Assembly (NCBI GenBank): GCA_024275665.1
Contig: JAJRYS010000019.1
Location: 1 to 41,521 of the forward strand
Source: an archaeon
GTDB lineage: Archaea > B1Sed10-29 > JAJRYS01
Direction: 5' to 3'
DNA length: 41,521 bases
In this document: piece by piece, positions 6,427-15,485 of the stretch
Layout: each line of letters starts with the position of its first letter
How positions within the stretch are numbered: position 1 is the stretch's first letter
The notes under the pieces: model-generated
Told to the model about the DNA's origin: nothing
Databases searched by the model: none
What the model saw: the letters and a program-made list of their open reading frames with translations, nothing else
Translations under genes and position numbers: made by a program

Positions 6427-9285
6427 ATGCTGAAGTATGACCCAAGCAAAGAATCTGAAATAGCAGAGTATTGGGAGTCCATAAGACTTCATGAGAAACA
6501 GGAAAAGAAACACGAGTCTGATGAAAAGTTTTACTTCGTTGATGGACCTCCTTATGCTAATGCTCTTCCTCACATGGGACACGCTCTCACGAGAGTACTC
6601 AGAGAAGTCTTCCTCAAGTACCACCAGATGAAAGGCAGGAATGTTTGGCTGCAGCTTGGTTTCGATACTCACGGACTCCCAGTATCAGTCTTAGTGCAGA
6701 GAAAACTCGGGTTGAAGACTAACCAGGAGATAGAAGAGTTCGGGGTTGAAAAGTTCAACGAGGAATGCAGAAAACACGCGTTGGAGTATCTTGGCAAGTG
6801 GACTGAGTTTTACAAGCAGTTAGGCTCTACTTCTCTCTGGGACTTGAACAACAGGTACTTTACTTTTGACGATGAGTACATTGACTCAGTGTTATTGTTT
6901 TTCAAGAAAGCGCATGAGAATGGATTGCTTTACAAGGGAAGCATGACCGTGCCTTGGTGTCCTTCTTGTGAGACTGCTTTGTCAGCTCACGAGGCAAGCG
7001 AGAAGTACAAAGACGTGCAGGATGACAGTATTTTCGTGAAGTTTAAAGCAATGGATGATGATTATTACTTCTTAGTGTGGACTACTACTCCTTGGACTCT
7101 TCCAGCAAATGTTGCTCTTGCTGTTAGGAAAGACTATGACTACGTGAAGGTCAAAGTAGGGGAAGAGTACTGGGTAATAGCCAAGGAATTATTAGAGAAA
7201 GTGCTTGAGAAGACAGGCAAGAGTGATTATGAAGTGGTTGAAGAGTTCAAAGGAGAAAAACTCGTAGGAGTAAAGTATCGTCACTTGTTAGAGGACAAGA
7301 TTCCGTTGCACAAAGAGTTTGACCACGTGGTCATAGATGCTGATTTTGTCACGCTTGAAGAAGGAACAGGGATCGTTCACATTGCTCCTGGCCATGGGCC
7401 AGAGGACTATGACGCTGGTTTGAAGAACAACTTGAAAGTATTATGCCCTGTTGATGAGAGGGGAGTGCTTACTGACGAGGCAGGGGCTTATTCTGGTTTG
7501 TTTGTGTTCGACGCGAACAAAGTCATCATAGAAGACTTGGAAAAAACGGAGAGACTAGTGTTTGTTGAGAAAATTACTCACAGGTATGCTCATTGCCCTA
7601 GGTGCGAGTCTCGTTTGATTTACAAGTCCTCTCCACAGTGGTTCGTGAAAATACAACCATTGAAAGAGAAAATGCTTGAAGAAAACGCCAAGGTCAAGTG
7701 GGTTCCTGCATGGGTTGGTAGTAAGAGGTTCAAAGACTGGCTTGAGAACGCTCGTGACTGGTGCATTTCCAGGCAGAAGTACTGGGGAATCCCACTGCCA
7801 ATATGGGAGTGTCCTGAATGCGGAAGCTTTGAAGTGCTTGGAAGCAAGAAAGAAATCCTTGAAAGAGCAGTTAAAGGAGCAGACCAGTTGAAGGAACTTC
7901 ACAAGCCATGGGTTGACAACATTGTGATAAAATGCAGTAAGTGCGATTCTGAGATGAAGAGAGTGCTTGACATTGCTGACGTGTGGCTTGACTCAGGAGC
8001 AGCCACGTGGGCTCCTCTTCACTATCCCAGAAGCAAAGAGGTTGAAAAATGGTATCCGATGGATTTCGTGACAGAAGGACTTGACCAGACGAGAGGATGG
8101 TTTTACAGCCTCATGGTTGAAAACATAGTAGTGTTCGGAAGCTCTCCTTACAAGAGCGTGTTAGTAAACGGATTAGTGCTTGACAAGACAGGAGAGAAAA
8201 TGAGTAAGAGCAAGGGAAACGTGACAGACCCAGTAGAAGTAATAAACAAGCACGGAGCAGATGCTCTGAGGTGGTACTTGTTACTGGAGTCAGCTCCTTG
8301 GGAAAACAGGAAGTTTGACGAAGACAGGTTAAAACTAGTGAAGAACAACCTCAACATTTTGTACAACGTGTACAACTTTGCTGAAAAACTATTACAACAA
8401 ACAAGCGTTGAAAAGCCAGAAGTGCTGATGCCTGAAGACAAGTGGCTGTTGTCACGCTTGCAGTCTTTCAAGAAAACAACGAACAAAGCTTACGGAGAAG
8501 ATTTGAATCCTACTATTGCTGCTCGTGCTTTGGAAGGCTTCATCGTGAACGACTTGTCACGCGCTTATATTAAGTTCGTTAGGAACAGGGTGAAAGAAGG
8601 AGAAAACACTCAGGCAGTGGCTTGGGTTCTTGTTAAAGCCCTTGCAGAAACAGTGGTTGTTGCTTCTCCTATTCTTCCTTTCACAAGCGAGAGAATATTC
8701 CAGGAACTAAGAAAACACTCAAACATGAACACTGAAAGCGTTCACTTGCTTGACTGGCCAGAACCTGACGAGTCATTCATAGATGAAGAACTCGAGGAAA
8801 AAATGGACAAGGCAATGCAGGCAATAGAATTGTGCTCTAATATTAGGAACAGGGTGGGGATTAACCTCAGGCAGCCTTTGCCAGAACTCGTGATAATAAC
8901 TGACAAACCGTTCGAAGACCTGGATAAAATAGTAAGAGAACAAGATAATGTTAAGAAAGTACTCTTCTCTGAAGAAGAGCCAGAGGGACTGGAGAAAGCA
9001 GAAGCGCAGGGAGTCAAAGTATTCCTGGATACTACGATTACTCCTGAGTTGAAGAAGGAAGGGCTCACGAGAGAGTTCGTGAGGAGAGTGCAGCAGATGA
9101 GGAAAGAGCTCAGGCTCGTGGAAGCTGACAGGATAAAATTGAACATCAGTCCAAAGCCTGACATTGATTATTACAAGCTCTTGAAAACTACGAATGCTGA
9201 GCTCGTGGAAGAAAAACAAGAACAGCTTTCAAAGAAATGGGCTATTGATGGCAACGAATACGAAATAAGCATTAGTAAAGAATGA
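6427..9285 (+). CDS. ileS: isoleucyl-tRNA synthetase
   Basis: Class I aaRS: GPPYANALPHMGHAL (HIGH), GFDTHGLPV, WCISRQKYWGIPLP and KMSKSKGN. PPYANG-type plus THGLP favours IleRS over ValRS. Confidence 0.9.
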   Translation: MLKYDPSKESEIAEYWESIRLHEKQEKKHESDEKFYFVDGPPYANALPHMGHALTRVLREVFLKYHQMKGRNVWLQLGFDTHGLPVSVLVQRKLGLKTNQEIEEFGVEKFNEECRKHALEYLGKWTEFYKQLGSTSLWDLNNRYFTFDDEYIDSVLLFFKKAHENGLLYKGSMTVPWCPSCETALSAHEASEKYKDVQDDSIFVKFKAMDDDYYFLVWTTTPWTLPANVALAVRKDYDYVKVKVGEEYWVIAKELLEKVLEKTGKSDYEVVEEFKGEKLVGVKYRHLLEDKIPLHKEFDHVVIDADFVTLEEGTGIVHIAPGHGPEDYDAGLKNNLKVLCPVDERGVLTDEAGAYSGLFVFDANKVIIEDLEKTERLVFVEKITHRYAHCPRCESRLIYKSSPQWFVKIQPLKEKMLEENAKVKWVPAWVGSKRFKDWLENARDWCISRQKYWGIPLPIWECPECGSFEVLGSKKEILERAVKGADQLKELHKPWVDNIVIKCSKCDSEMKRVLDIADVWLDSGAATWAPLHYPRSKEVEKWYPMDFVTEGLDQTRGWFYSLMVENIVVFGSSPYKSVLVNGLVLDKTGEKMSKSKGNVTDPVEVINKHGADALRWYLLLESAPWENRKFDEDRLKLVKNNLNILYNVYNFAEKLLQQTSVEKPEVLMPEDKWLLSRLQSFKKTTNKAYGEDLNPTIAARALEGFIVNDLSRAYIKFVRNRVKEGENTQAVAWVLVKALAETVVVASPILPFTSERIFQELRKHSNMNTESVHLLDWPEPDESFIDEELEEKMDKAMQAIELCSNIRNRVGINLRQPLPELVIITDKPFEDLDKIVREQDNVKKVLFSEEEPEGLEKAEAQGVKVFLDTTITPELKKEGLTREFVRRVQQMRKELRLVEADRIKLNISPKPDIDYYKLLKTTNAELVEEKQEQLSKKWAIDGNEYEISISKE

Positions 9286-9349
9286 CAAATTCTAACCACT
9301 TGAAACAAACCTTTCTCTTTTTATACTTTTTCTAAGATAAGAAATAATC

Positions 9350-9964
9350 ATGAGAAGAATGAAGGATTTGTTCAAGAAGAAAAAACCACATCCAAAAGTA
9401 AGGACAATGCGTTTGAATCCTGACAAGCTCGAAGAAGTCAAGTGGAGGCTTTACGAGGAAAAAGCAAAGCCTAACAAGATTCCTTCAGAAGTATTCGAGG
9501 CAATGTTCAGAGAAGCAATGGAAGAGCTTTACTGGAAATACGGGCTTGACTCTGACGCTGTTAAGAAGATGAGTCCTGAAGAAATACAGGAAATAGCCGA
9601 AAACTCCCTCGAGCACGCCATGAGGGAAAAAATAAACTTCAGAGTAAGAAGAAAAGCGGTAATGGGAGGTAACTCTTCTCCAGTAAGCCTTAACAAGATG
9701 CCAGAGTCATACGCTTATCAGAAGGATAAAATAGCTGAAGAAGCAATAAGAGAAAGAATCACAAAGCTTCTTAAGGAAGGGAAGAAAGTAAACTCAGAGA
9801 AAATTGACAGAAGCATGATAAACACTTTTGACAAGGAGTTCAGGAGAGCAATAGGAGAACTAAGCTTGGTTGAAGAAAAACCAATAAAAGAAATAGTTAA
9901 AGATCCTGTATTGTTTGAAAAAGCCAAGCAAATGGCTTTGAAGAAAATAGGGTTGGGTAGATGA
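9350..9964 (+). CDS. hypothetical charged protein
   Basis: ORF with a leaderless-type TTTTATAC box 31 nt upstream. K/E-rich with no recognisable domain. ATGA overlap with the next gene. Confidence 0.55.
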   Translation: MRRMKDLFKKKKPHPKVRTMRLNPDKLEEVKWRLYEEKAKPNKIPSEVFEAMFREAMEELYWKYGLDSDAVKKMSPEEIQEIAENSLEHAMREKINFRVRRKAVMGGNSSPVSLNKMPESYAYQKDKIAEEAIRERITKLLKEGKKVNSEKIDRSMINTFDKEFRRAIGELSLVEEKPIKEIVKDPVLFEKAKQMALKKIGLGR

Positions 9965-10488
9965 AGAAAAAAATTATAATAATAAGCGCTGTCCTAGCAT
10001 TGATAATAATCATTTCTACTTATTACTTGTTAACCAGTCAAAGGCAGGTAAAGGAAGAACTTGTAAAGAAAGTGATTGAAAACGCTTCAAGCAAGTGCAT
10101 GGGGCTTGATGGAAAAGAATTAGAGCAATGCCTTACACAAGTTGATGAAGAAGTCACTAACATCGCAGTAGAGTATAATGATCCTTCAATATGCGAGAAT
10201 ACTAGTATTACGAACGTAGAAGGAATGGGGAGACAGGAATGTTATATGAGAGTGGCTATTGCCTTGAAGAATGCGAGCATTTGTTCAATGATAGGTGAAA
10301 CAATGTTAGAAGATGCTTGCTATGAGCAAGTAGCCATTAATATTAAAGATTACTCAGCATGCATGTTTTCAAGTGATGAATACGCGCGTGACGAGTGTTA
10401 CTCTAGCTACGCTAGCGTGACAGGAGATAAAAAAGCATGCGACTTCATTGTTGACGAGCTTTCAAGAGAACAGTGTTATTCTTTGTAA
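9961..10488 (+). CDS. hypothetical membrane-anchored or secreted Cys-rich repeat protein
   Basis: N-terminal hydrophobic anchor (IIIISAVLALIIIISTYYLL), followed by about four repeats of the pattern C-x(9-13)-CY-x2-VA-x(5-7)-[DN]-x3-C. Confidence 0.6.
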   Translation: MKKKIIIISAVLALIIIISTYYLLTSQRQVKEELVKKVIENASSKCMGLDGKELEQCLTQVDEEVTNIAVEYNDPSICENTSITNVEGMGRQECYMRVAIALKNASICSMIGETMLEDACYEQVAINIKDYSACMFSSDEYARDECYSSYASVTGDKKACDFIVDELSREQCYSL

Positions 10489-10506
10489 AAAGAAGAAGGT
10501 GTTGGA

Positions 10507-10923
10507 ATGATCAAAGGACTTGCAGATAGGAAAAAACTTCAGAAAAAACTCCTCACAAGAGTGAAGAGAGGGGAAATAGGAGCTGCTAATGCTGTTAAAG
10601 AATTGGAAAAGAAAGGTTTTAGAGTCTCTTCTTCTTTTGACAAGAAACTCATGCAAGCACAAGAAGAGTTACTAAGAGAGAAAGGATTTTTGGAAAAAAT
10701 GCAGGAGATTGAAAGGGAAGAAGAAAAAGCAAAAGAGGAAAGGGAAAGGCTTAAAAAAATGACTGACGGGCAAGTGATAAAAGAGAAGAAGAAAGCTTTC
10801 GAAGCAGCTATAAGACTTCATAAGAAAGGAGAATTAAGTAACAGGGAAATGAATAAGATTGGAAAAGCCCTTGGATTGAAGGATTATTACAAGTGGTGGG
10901 AGAAATATTTTCAGAAAAAATAA
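10507..10923 (+). CDS. hypothetical K/E-rich protein
   Basis: ORF with a GAAGGTG SD upstream, coiled-coil-like composition and no known motif. Confidence 0.5.
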   Translation: MIKGLADRKKLQKKLLTRVKRGEIGAANAVKELEKKGFRVSSSFDKKLMQAQEELLREKGFLEKMQEIEREEEKAKEERERLKKMTDGQVIKEKKKAFEAAIRLHKKGELSNREMNKIGKALGLKDYYKWWEKYFQKK

Positions 10924-10945
10924 AGGGAAAAAACAAGAAGAATTT

Positions 10946-11059
10946 TCAGTCGTCTTCGTCTTTAACTCCTAAGTATTCTCGCATTTCTTCCCAACCACCG
11001 CTCTCGCGGTCATCCCATTCTTTCTCATGGTCATTGTCATTGTCGTCGTCGTAAGGCAT
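10946..11059 (-). CDS. tiny acidic protein, 37 aa (MPYDDDNDNDHEKEWDDRESGGWEEMREYLGVKDEDD)
   Basis: Below the ORF-track length cutoff. ATG preceded by GGAGTGAGTGAAA. It sits in an otherwise empty 400-nt gap, tail-to-head with a second tiny ORF. Confidence 0.4.
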   Translation of the reverse strand: MPYDDDNDNDHEKEWDDRESGGWEEMREYLGVKDEDD

Positions 11060-11071
11060 TTTCACTCACTC

Positions 11072-11182
11072 CTAGTCATCTTTTTCAGAATTGTTCCACT
11101 CTTCTTTGCTGACGAACTCTAATTCCCCATCATCATGCAGTACAAACCTGTTGCCATCTTCATCTAATCCAACCATCACCAT
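11072..11182 (-). CDS. tiny acidic protein, 36 aa (MVMVGLDEDGNRFVLHDDGELEFVSKEEWNNSEKDD)
   Basis: ATG preceded by GAGGAGGGGTAAAAA. The TAA inside that SD region terminates a possible third upstream mini-ORF. Confidence 0.4.
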   Translation of the reverse strand: MVMVGLDEDGNRFVLHDDGELEFVSKEEWNNSEKDD

Positions 11183-11340
11183 TTTTTACCCCTCCTCTTC
11201 TTCCTCATCATCCTCTTCTAACAAAAAAGTCCAGTCTTCTCCGCACTCGTGCACTTGCACCGCCTCCGCTTTGAACTCTTTCCTTGTTTTTCTTTGTAAC
11301 TCGCAATGTTTAATAATGTTTCGTTACTTAATGAAAAGTC

Positions 11341-14034
11341 ATGAACAAGAAAGAACTGTTAGAAGAATTCAGCAGGGACTGGGAGAAGTACTACGACTTG
11401 CCAGTGTTCAGGGAAAACGGCTTCAAGAGGAAGAAATGCGAGTCATGCGGTTCTTACTTCTGGACTTGTGATCCTGAGAGAAGAGTATGCGGTGACTGTG
11501 AAGATTACTCTTTCATAGGATACAAGCTCAAAGACTGGGATTACATTCAAACATGGAAGGCTTATGCTAATTTTTTCAAAAGCAAGGGACACGAGGAGGT
11601 AAAAAGGTATCCGAGCGTGTGCAAGTGGATTCCTAACCTTAACTTCACTATTGCCAGTATTGTTGACTTCCAGAGGATTGAGAACAACCAAGTAGTCTTC
11701 GAGTTCCCGTACGAGAACCTCGTGGTTCCTCAGTTCTGCTTGCGTTTCAACGACGTGTCCAACGTTGGAGTGACTGGAAGACACTTCACTGGGTTCATGA
11801 TGCCAGGGCAGCATTCTTACGGAGGTTACTGGATTAACAAATGCATAGAACTAAACCTCGAGTTCCTGACAAAAGTATTAGGAATTAATAAGAAGAACAT
11901 TACTTATTCTGAAAGCATTTGGGCAATGCCTGACTTTTCAGTATACGGGCCTGCAATGGAGACTTTTGCAAACGGCTTGGAATTAGTGACGAATGTGTTC
12001 ATGGCTTTCAAAACAGTGAACGGAGAGAGAAAAGAACTTGAGAAGAAAGTCATTGACGTTGGCTGGGGATTGGAAAGATTATTATGGTTTGTTAACGGTT
12101 CTCCTACTGCTTACGAACCAACCTTCAATTATATTATCAACGACTTGAAAGAAAAAGTAGAATACGACGAGGATTTTTTCAAGAAATACGCTGTCATCTC
12201 CGGCAGACTCAATCTTGAGGAAAACAAGGACTATGAAGGCACTTTGAAAAAAATAGCAGGAGAGCTTGGAGGAAGCGTTGAAGTCTTGAAAGAAAAAATA
12301 GAACCAGTGCAAGCATTATACGCTGTCTGCGACCATTCACGCTCTTTGTTGTTCGCTATTAGTGATGGCATGCTTCCAAGCAACACTGGAGGAGGTTACA
12401 ACCTGAGAATGATTCTGAGAAGAAGCCTTGCTCTTATCAACAAGCACAAACTAGGAGTGTCCTTAGGAGAATTAATTGAAAAGCACGCAGAGTACTTCAA
12501 GCAGTTATTCCCTGAATTGTTGGAAAACATTGAAGACGTTAAGAAGATAATCAAGTACGAGGAAGAAAAGTACTACGAGTCTCTTGGCAAAGCGGAAAAG
12601 ACTGTGAAAAACATGCTTGCTGAAAAACAATCCTTCTCTCTTGAGGAACTGAAGAAATTATACGAGGAAAAAGGAATCACTCCAGAATTAGTAAGGGAAG
12701 TCGCAGCAAGAACAGGGAAAGAAGCAAGGATTCCTGACGACGCAGAGTTCTATGCTTTCCTGGAAAAAACCAGGAAGGTTGAAAAGAAGGAAGAGAAGAA
12801 AGAATTCATTGACGTGAGCAGCTTTCCAGACACGAAGCCATTATGGCATGAGAAAATAACAGAATTCCAGGCATTCGTGCTTGGAGTAGTACAACAAGAC
12901 GGCAGGAAGTTCGTAGTGCTTGACCAGACTGCTTTTTATCCTGAGATGGGAGGACAGGACCACGACACGGGTTTCATAAGCAATGTGAAGGTGAACAGGG
13001 TTTTGAAGGTAGGCAACGTCGTACTACATGACGTAGGCAATGCTGAAGTAGTTTTTCAGAAAGGCACGATGGTCACTTGCAGAATCGACGAGGAGAGAAG
13101 AAACCAGTTGACAAAGCATCATACTGCTACTCATATTATTAATGGAGCTGCTAGGAGAGTGCTTGGAAACCATGTGTGGCAGGCAGGAGCAGAGAAAAGA
13201 GTGGACAAAGCTCGTTTGGACATCACTCACTACAAATTACTAACAGAAGAGGAAACAAGAGAAATTGAAAGAGTTGCCAACGAAGTGATAAGGCAAGGGC
13301 TTCCTGTTAACAAATACTTGCTTCCAAGGACAGAAGCAGAAGCAAAGTACGGGTTCAGGCTTTACCAAGGAGGAGCGGTTCCTTCGAAGATGATAAGAGT
13401 GGTTGAAATTCCTGGTTTTGACGTGGAAGCATGCGGAGGAACTCACTGTGACAACACGAACGAAGTAGAAGAAGTAATGATATTAAGGACTAGGAAAATA
13501 CAAGACGGAGTAGTAAGAATAGAGTTCGTAGCAGGAAAAAAGCTAATAGAAGAAACCAAGAAAAAAATGATGGAAGAAGAATTCGAGAAGAAAAAGGCAA
13601 TAGGAGCAAAGATTCTTGCTTTGAACAAAGACGCTGACCTGCGTGACAAGACTCTTGAAGAGTTGGAAGAAATGCTCAGGCATGAGTTGAAGAAGAAGGA
13701 AAAAGAAGAAAAAGAGAAAGCCAAGAGCATTGAAGGAACTGGGTTGTTATTCTGCCCAGATGCTAGTATGAAAGCAATGCAAGAAGCAGGAAGAAGGTTA
13801 ATCAAGGAAAAACCAGAAGAATTCGTGATAATAATAGGAAACGGAGTAGTGTACGGGGCAAGGGGAGAAGAATGCCCAGTGGACATAGAGCCATTAGTGA
13901 TGAAAGCAGCTGAGATAATTGGAGGAAAGGCAGGAACCACTCCTTCGTTGAAAGGCAAGGAATTTAAAGGCGGAGGACCTTTGAAAGAAAACAGTGAAAA
14001 AGCCTTTGAAGAGTTAAAGAAGATGATAGGATGA
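11341..14034 (+). CDS. alaS: alanyl-tRNA synthetase (archaeal type)
   Basis: Editing-domain zinc motifs HTATHIINGAARRVLG (HxxxH) and CGGTHC, archaeal N-terminal catalytic domain and C-terminal DHHA1-like domain. TTTAATAA box 32 nt before the ATG. Confidence 0.9.
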   Translation: MNKKELLEEFSRDWEKYYDLPVFRENGFKRKKCESCGSYFWTCDPERRVCGDCEDYSFIGYKLKDWDYIQTWKAYANFFKSKGHEEVKRYPSVCKWIPNLNFTIASIVDFQRIENNQVVFEFPYENLVVPQFCLRFNDVSNVGVTGRHFTGFMMPGQHSYGGYWINKCIELNLEFLTKVLGINKKNITYSESIWAMPDFSVYGPAMETFANGLELVTNVFMAFKTVNGERKELEKKVIDVGWGLERLLWFVNGSPTAYEPTFNYIINDLKEKVEYDEDFFKKYAVISGRLNLEENKDYEGTLKKIAGELGGSVEVLKEKIEPVQALYAVCDHSRSLLFAISDGMLPSNTGGGYNLRMILRRSLALINKHKLGVSLGELIEKHAEYFKQLFPELLENIEDVKKIIKYEEEKYYESLGKAEKTVKNMLAEKQSFSLEELKKLYEEKGITPELVREVAARTGKEARIPDDAEFYAFLEKTRKVEKKEEKKEFIDVSSFPDTKPLWHEKITEFQAFVLGVVQQDGRKFVVLDQTAFYPEMGGQDHDTGFISNVKVNRVLKVGNVVLHDVGNAEVVFQKGTMVTCRIDEERRNQLTKHHTATHIINGAARRVLGNHVWQAGAEKRVDKARLDITHYKLLTEEETREIERVANEVIRQGLPVNKYLLPRTEAEAKYGFRLYQGGAVPSKMIRVVEIPGFDVEACGGTHCDNTNEVEEVMILRTRKIQDGVVRIEFVAGKKLIEETKKKMMEEEFEKKKAIGAKILALNKDADLRDKTLEELEEMLRHELKKKEKEEKEKAKSIEGTGLLFCPDASMKAMQEAGRRLIKEKPEEFVIIIGNGVVYGARGEECPVDIEPLVMKAAEIIGGKAGTTPSLKGKEFKGGGPLKENSEKAFEELKKMIG

Positions 14035-15389
14035 AAAAAGCCTTGGCATTATCACTGTTGGTTATTACAAGCGTACTTGCTTATTCTTTTACTCTTGATG
14101 ATGCGAAAGAAGCAGTAGCTCCTTTCATCTTCCAAGGGGAATCAGCAAGCATGAAACCAACTACAATCACTTTGGTAGATGATAATGCTTACTGGGTCAT
14201 TGAAGCAGTCTCTTTCAACCAGATAAGCGTGATGTTTCCTTTCAACGCAGAAACAGGGAAAATAGAAACAGATGAAAACGCCAAGCTTGCTGTCAAAACT
14301 CATTACCTTGCCAACTTCTTCGAGACGAACGACGATATAAGTGACTACTTGGATGATGAGAAGAGCTTTGCTCAGCAAAGACAAGACGCCTTCCAAGCAG
14401 CCTTGCAGCAGTTCGAAGTATACGAAGCACAACTACCAGAAAACTATTCTTTCCAAACACTCGCAGAACTCAAGACAGAACTGGAAAAAGCAATAAGCAA
14501 AGCAGAAGCAGTAAGAAGCCAAGTAATAAACACTAAGAACGTCATTCATTCAATACAATCAAGCAACGACATTACAAGCGCCAAGAACAGTCTTGACTCT
14601 TTCTTCTCAAAACAATCATCCTTCCTTGACTCTTGCAAAGACGTGGCAACGAAAGCAGGAGAGTTTGAAACAGAGCTTGCTGAAAGCGGTTTGCAAGCAG
14701 AAGAACCAAGCCTGGCGCAAGCATTGCAAGGAGTCATAAGCACTTATTCATTGAAAATGAGCGTCACTGCCAAAGAAGACTCCTTAGAAGAAAACAAGGC
14801 AGTCATTGACTCTTTCTTCCAATCCCTTGACTCAAAAGCAAACGACTACATGGTAAAACTTGAGAACAGGCTGGCTTCTTTGAAAGACAAGGAAGAAATA
14901 GACAAGATAATGAGCGTCTTGGAGAATTACTCGAACGAGTACGAGAATCTGACAGAACAAGCGCAAGACATTCCATCCTCTTACATGGGAATAAGTGAGA
15001 AAATGAACGAATTAAGGGATAAGATAAGCCAGGGCTATGATTACTGCTCTTCTTCTACTCTTGAAGACTGCGAACAGGCAAAAGCACTATTCAAAGACAT
15101 TGAAAGTCTCATAAGTCAAGTCAAGAGCATAATAACTTCTTACACTCCAACTGAATGCGTTACAGGAACCAAGAGTCCTTGTTACACTCCTAACGGGAAG
15201 AAAGGAACAAGAGAATGCATCAATGGAAGATGGGCCGAATGCAAGCCAGTCCAAGGAGTAAATTATTACCTTGTAATAGGAGTCATAGCATTAATACTTG
15301 TAGGATTGCTGTACAAGTTTAAGGACAAGTTCTTCAAGAAAGAAGAAACAGAGGAAACAGGATCATGGGAGAAGTACGGATTCCAGTAA
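14031..15389 (+). CDS. hypothetical surface protein (signal peptide, long coiled-coil region, C-terminal Cys motif and TM anchor)
   Basis: N-terminal signal-like segment MKKALALSLLVITSVLAYS. C-terminal motif CVTGTKSPCYTPNGKKGTRECINGRWAEC followed by the TM helix YYLVIGVIALILVGLLY. ATGA overlap with alaS. Confidence 0.6.
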   Translation: MKKALALSLLVITSVLAYSFTLDDAKEAVAPFIFQGESASMKPTTITLVDDNAYWVIEAVSFNQISVMFPFNAETGKIETDENAKLAVKTHYLANFFETNDDISDYLDDEKSFAQQRQDAFQAALQQFEVYEAQLPENYSFQTLAELKTELEKAISKAEAVRSQVINTKNVIHSIQSSNDITSAKNSLDSFFSKQSSFLDSCKDVATKAGEFETELAESGLQAEEPSLAQALQGVISTYSLKMSVTAKEDSLEENKAVIDSFFQSLDSKANDYMVKLENRLASLKDKEEIDKIMSVLENYSNEYENLTEQAQDIPSSYMGISEKMNELRDKISQGYDYCSSSTLEDCEQAKALFKDIESLISQVKSIITSYTPTECVTGTKSPCYTPNGKKGTRECINGRWAECKPVQGVNYYLVIGVIALILVGLLYKFKDKFFKKEETEETGSWEKYGFQ

Positions 15390-15430
15390 AAACAATAACA
15401 GAGAATGGTAAACAATACTTTACAGTCGTT

Positions 15431-15440
15431 TTTTATAAAA
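15431..15440 (+). promoter_or_regulatory. TATA box (TTTTATAAAA) upstream of mcm
   Basis: AT-rich box in the 96-nt gap. Here a leader with an AAGGTG SD (15473-15478) precedes ATG 15486. Confidence 0.4.
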
Positions 15441-15485
15441 GAACAGGCATAAATAAGAAAGACCTTTTTCTCAAGGTGTCGTAAC

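Noticed and set aside
11091-11471. 126-aa plus-strand ORF rich in Ser/Leu
   Set aside because: It is a low-complexity translation of the antisense of the acidic mini-ORFs. It runs into the alaS start in another frame and has no SD or promoter.
13443-13958. 171-aa minus-strand ORF inside alaS, and similar long antisense ORFs (8742-9219 in ileS, 18926-19327 in aIF2-beta, 25531-25887 in top6B, 37241-37821, 40140-40901 in leuS)
   Set aside because: All are Ser/Phe/Leu-rich mirror frames of purine-rich (GAA/AAG) coding sequence within confidently identified genes. This is a typical antisense artefact.
15390-15485. Replication origin next to mcm
   Set aside because: The gap is only 96 nt. It has no ORB-like repeated elements or extended AT-rich unwinding region, and there is no orc1/cdc6 gene in the window.
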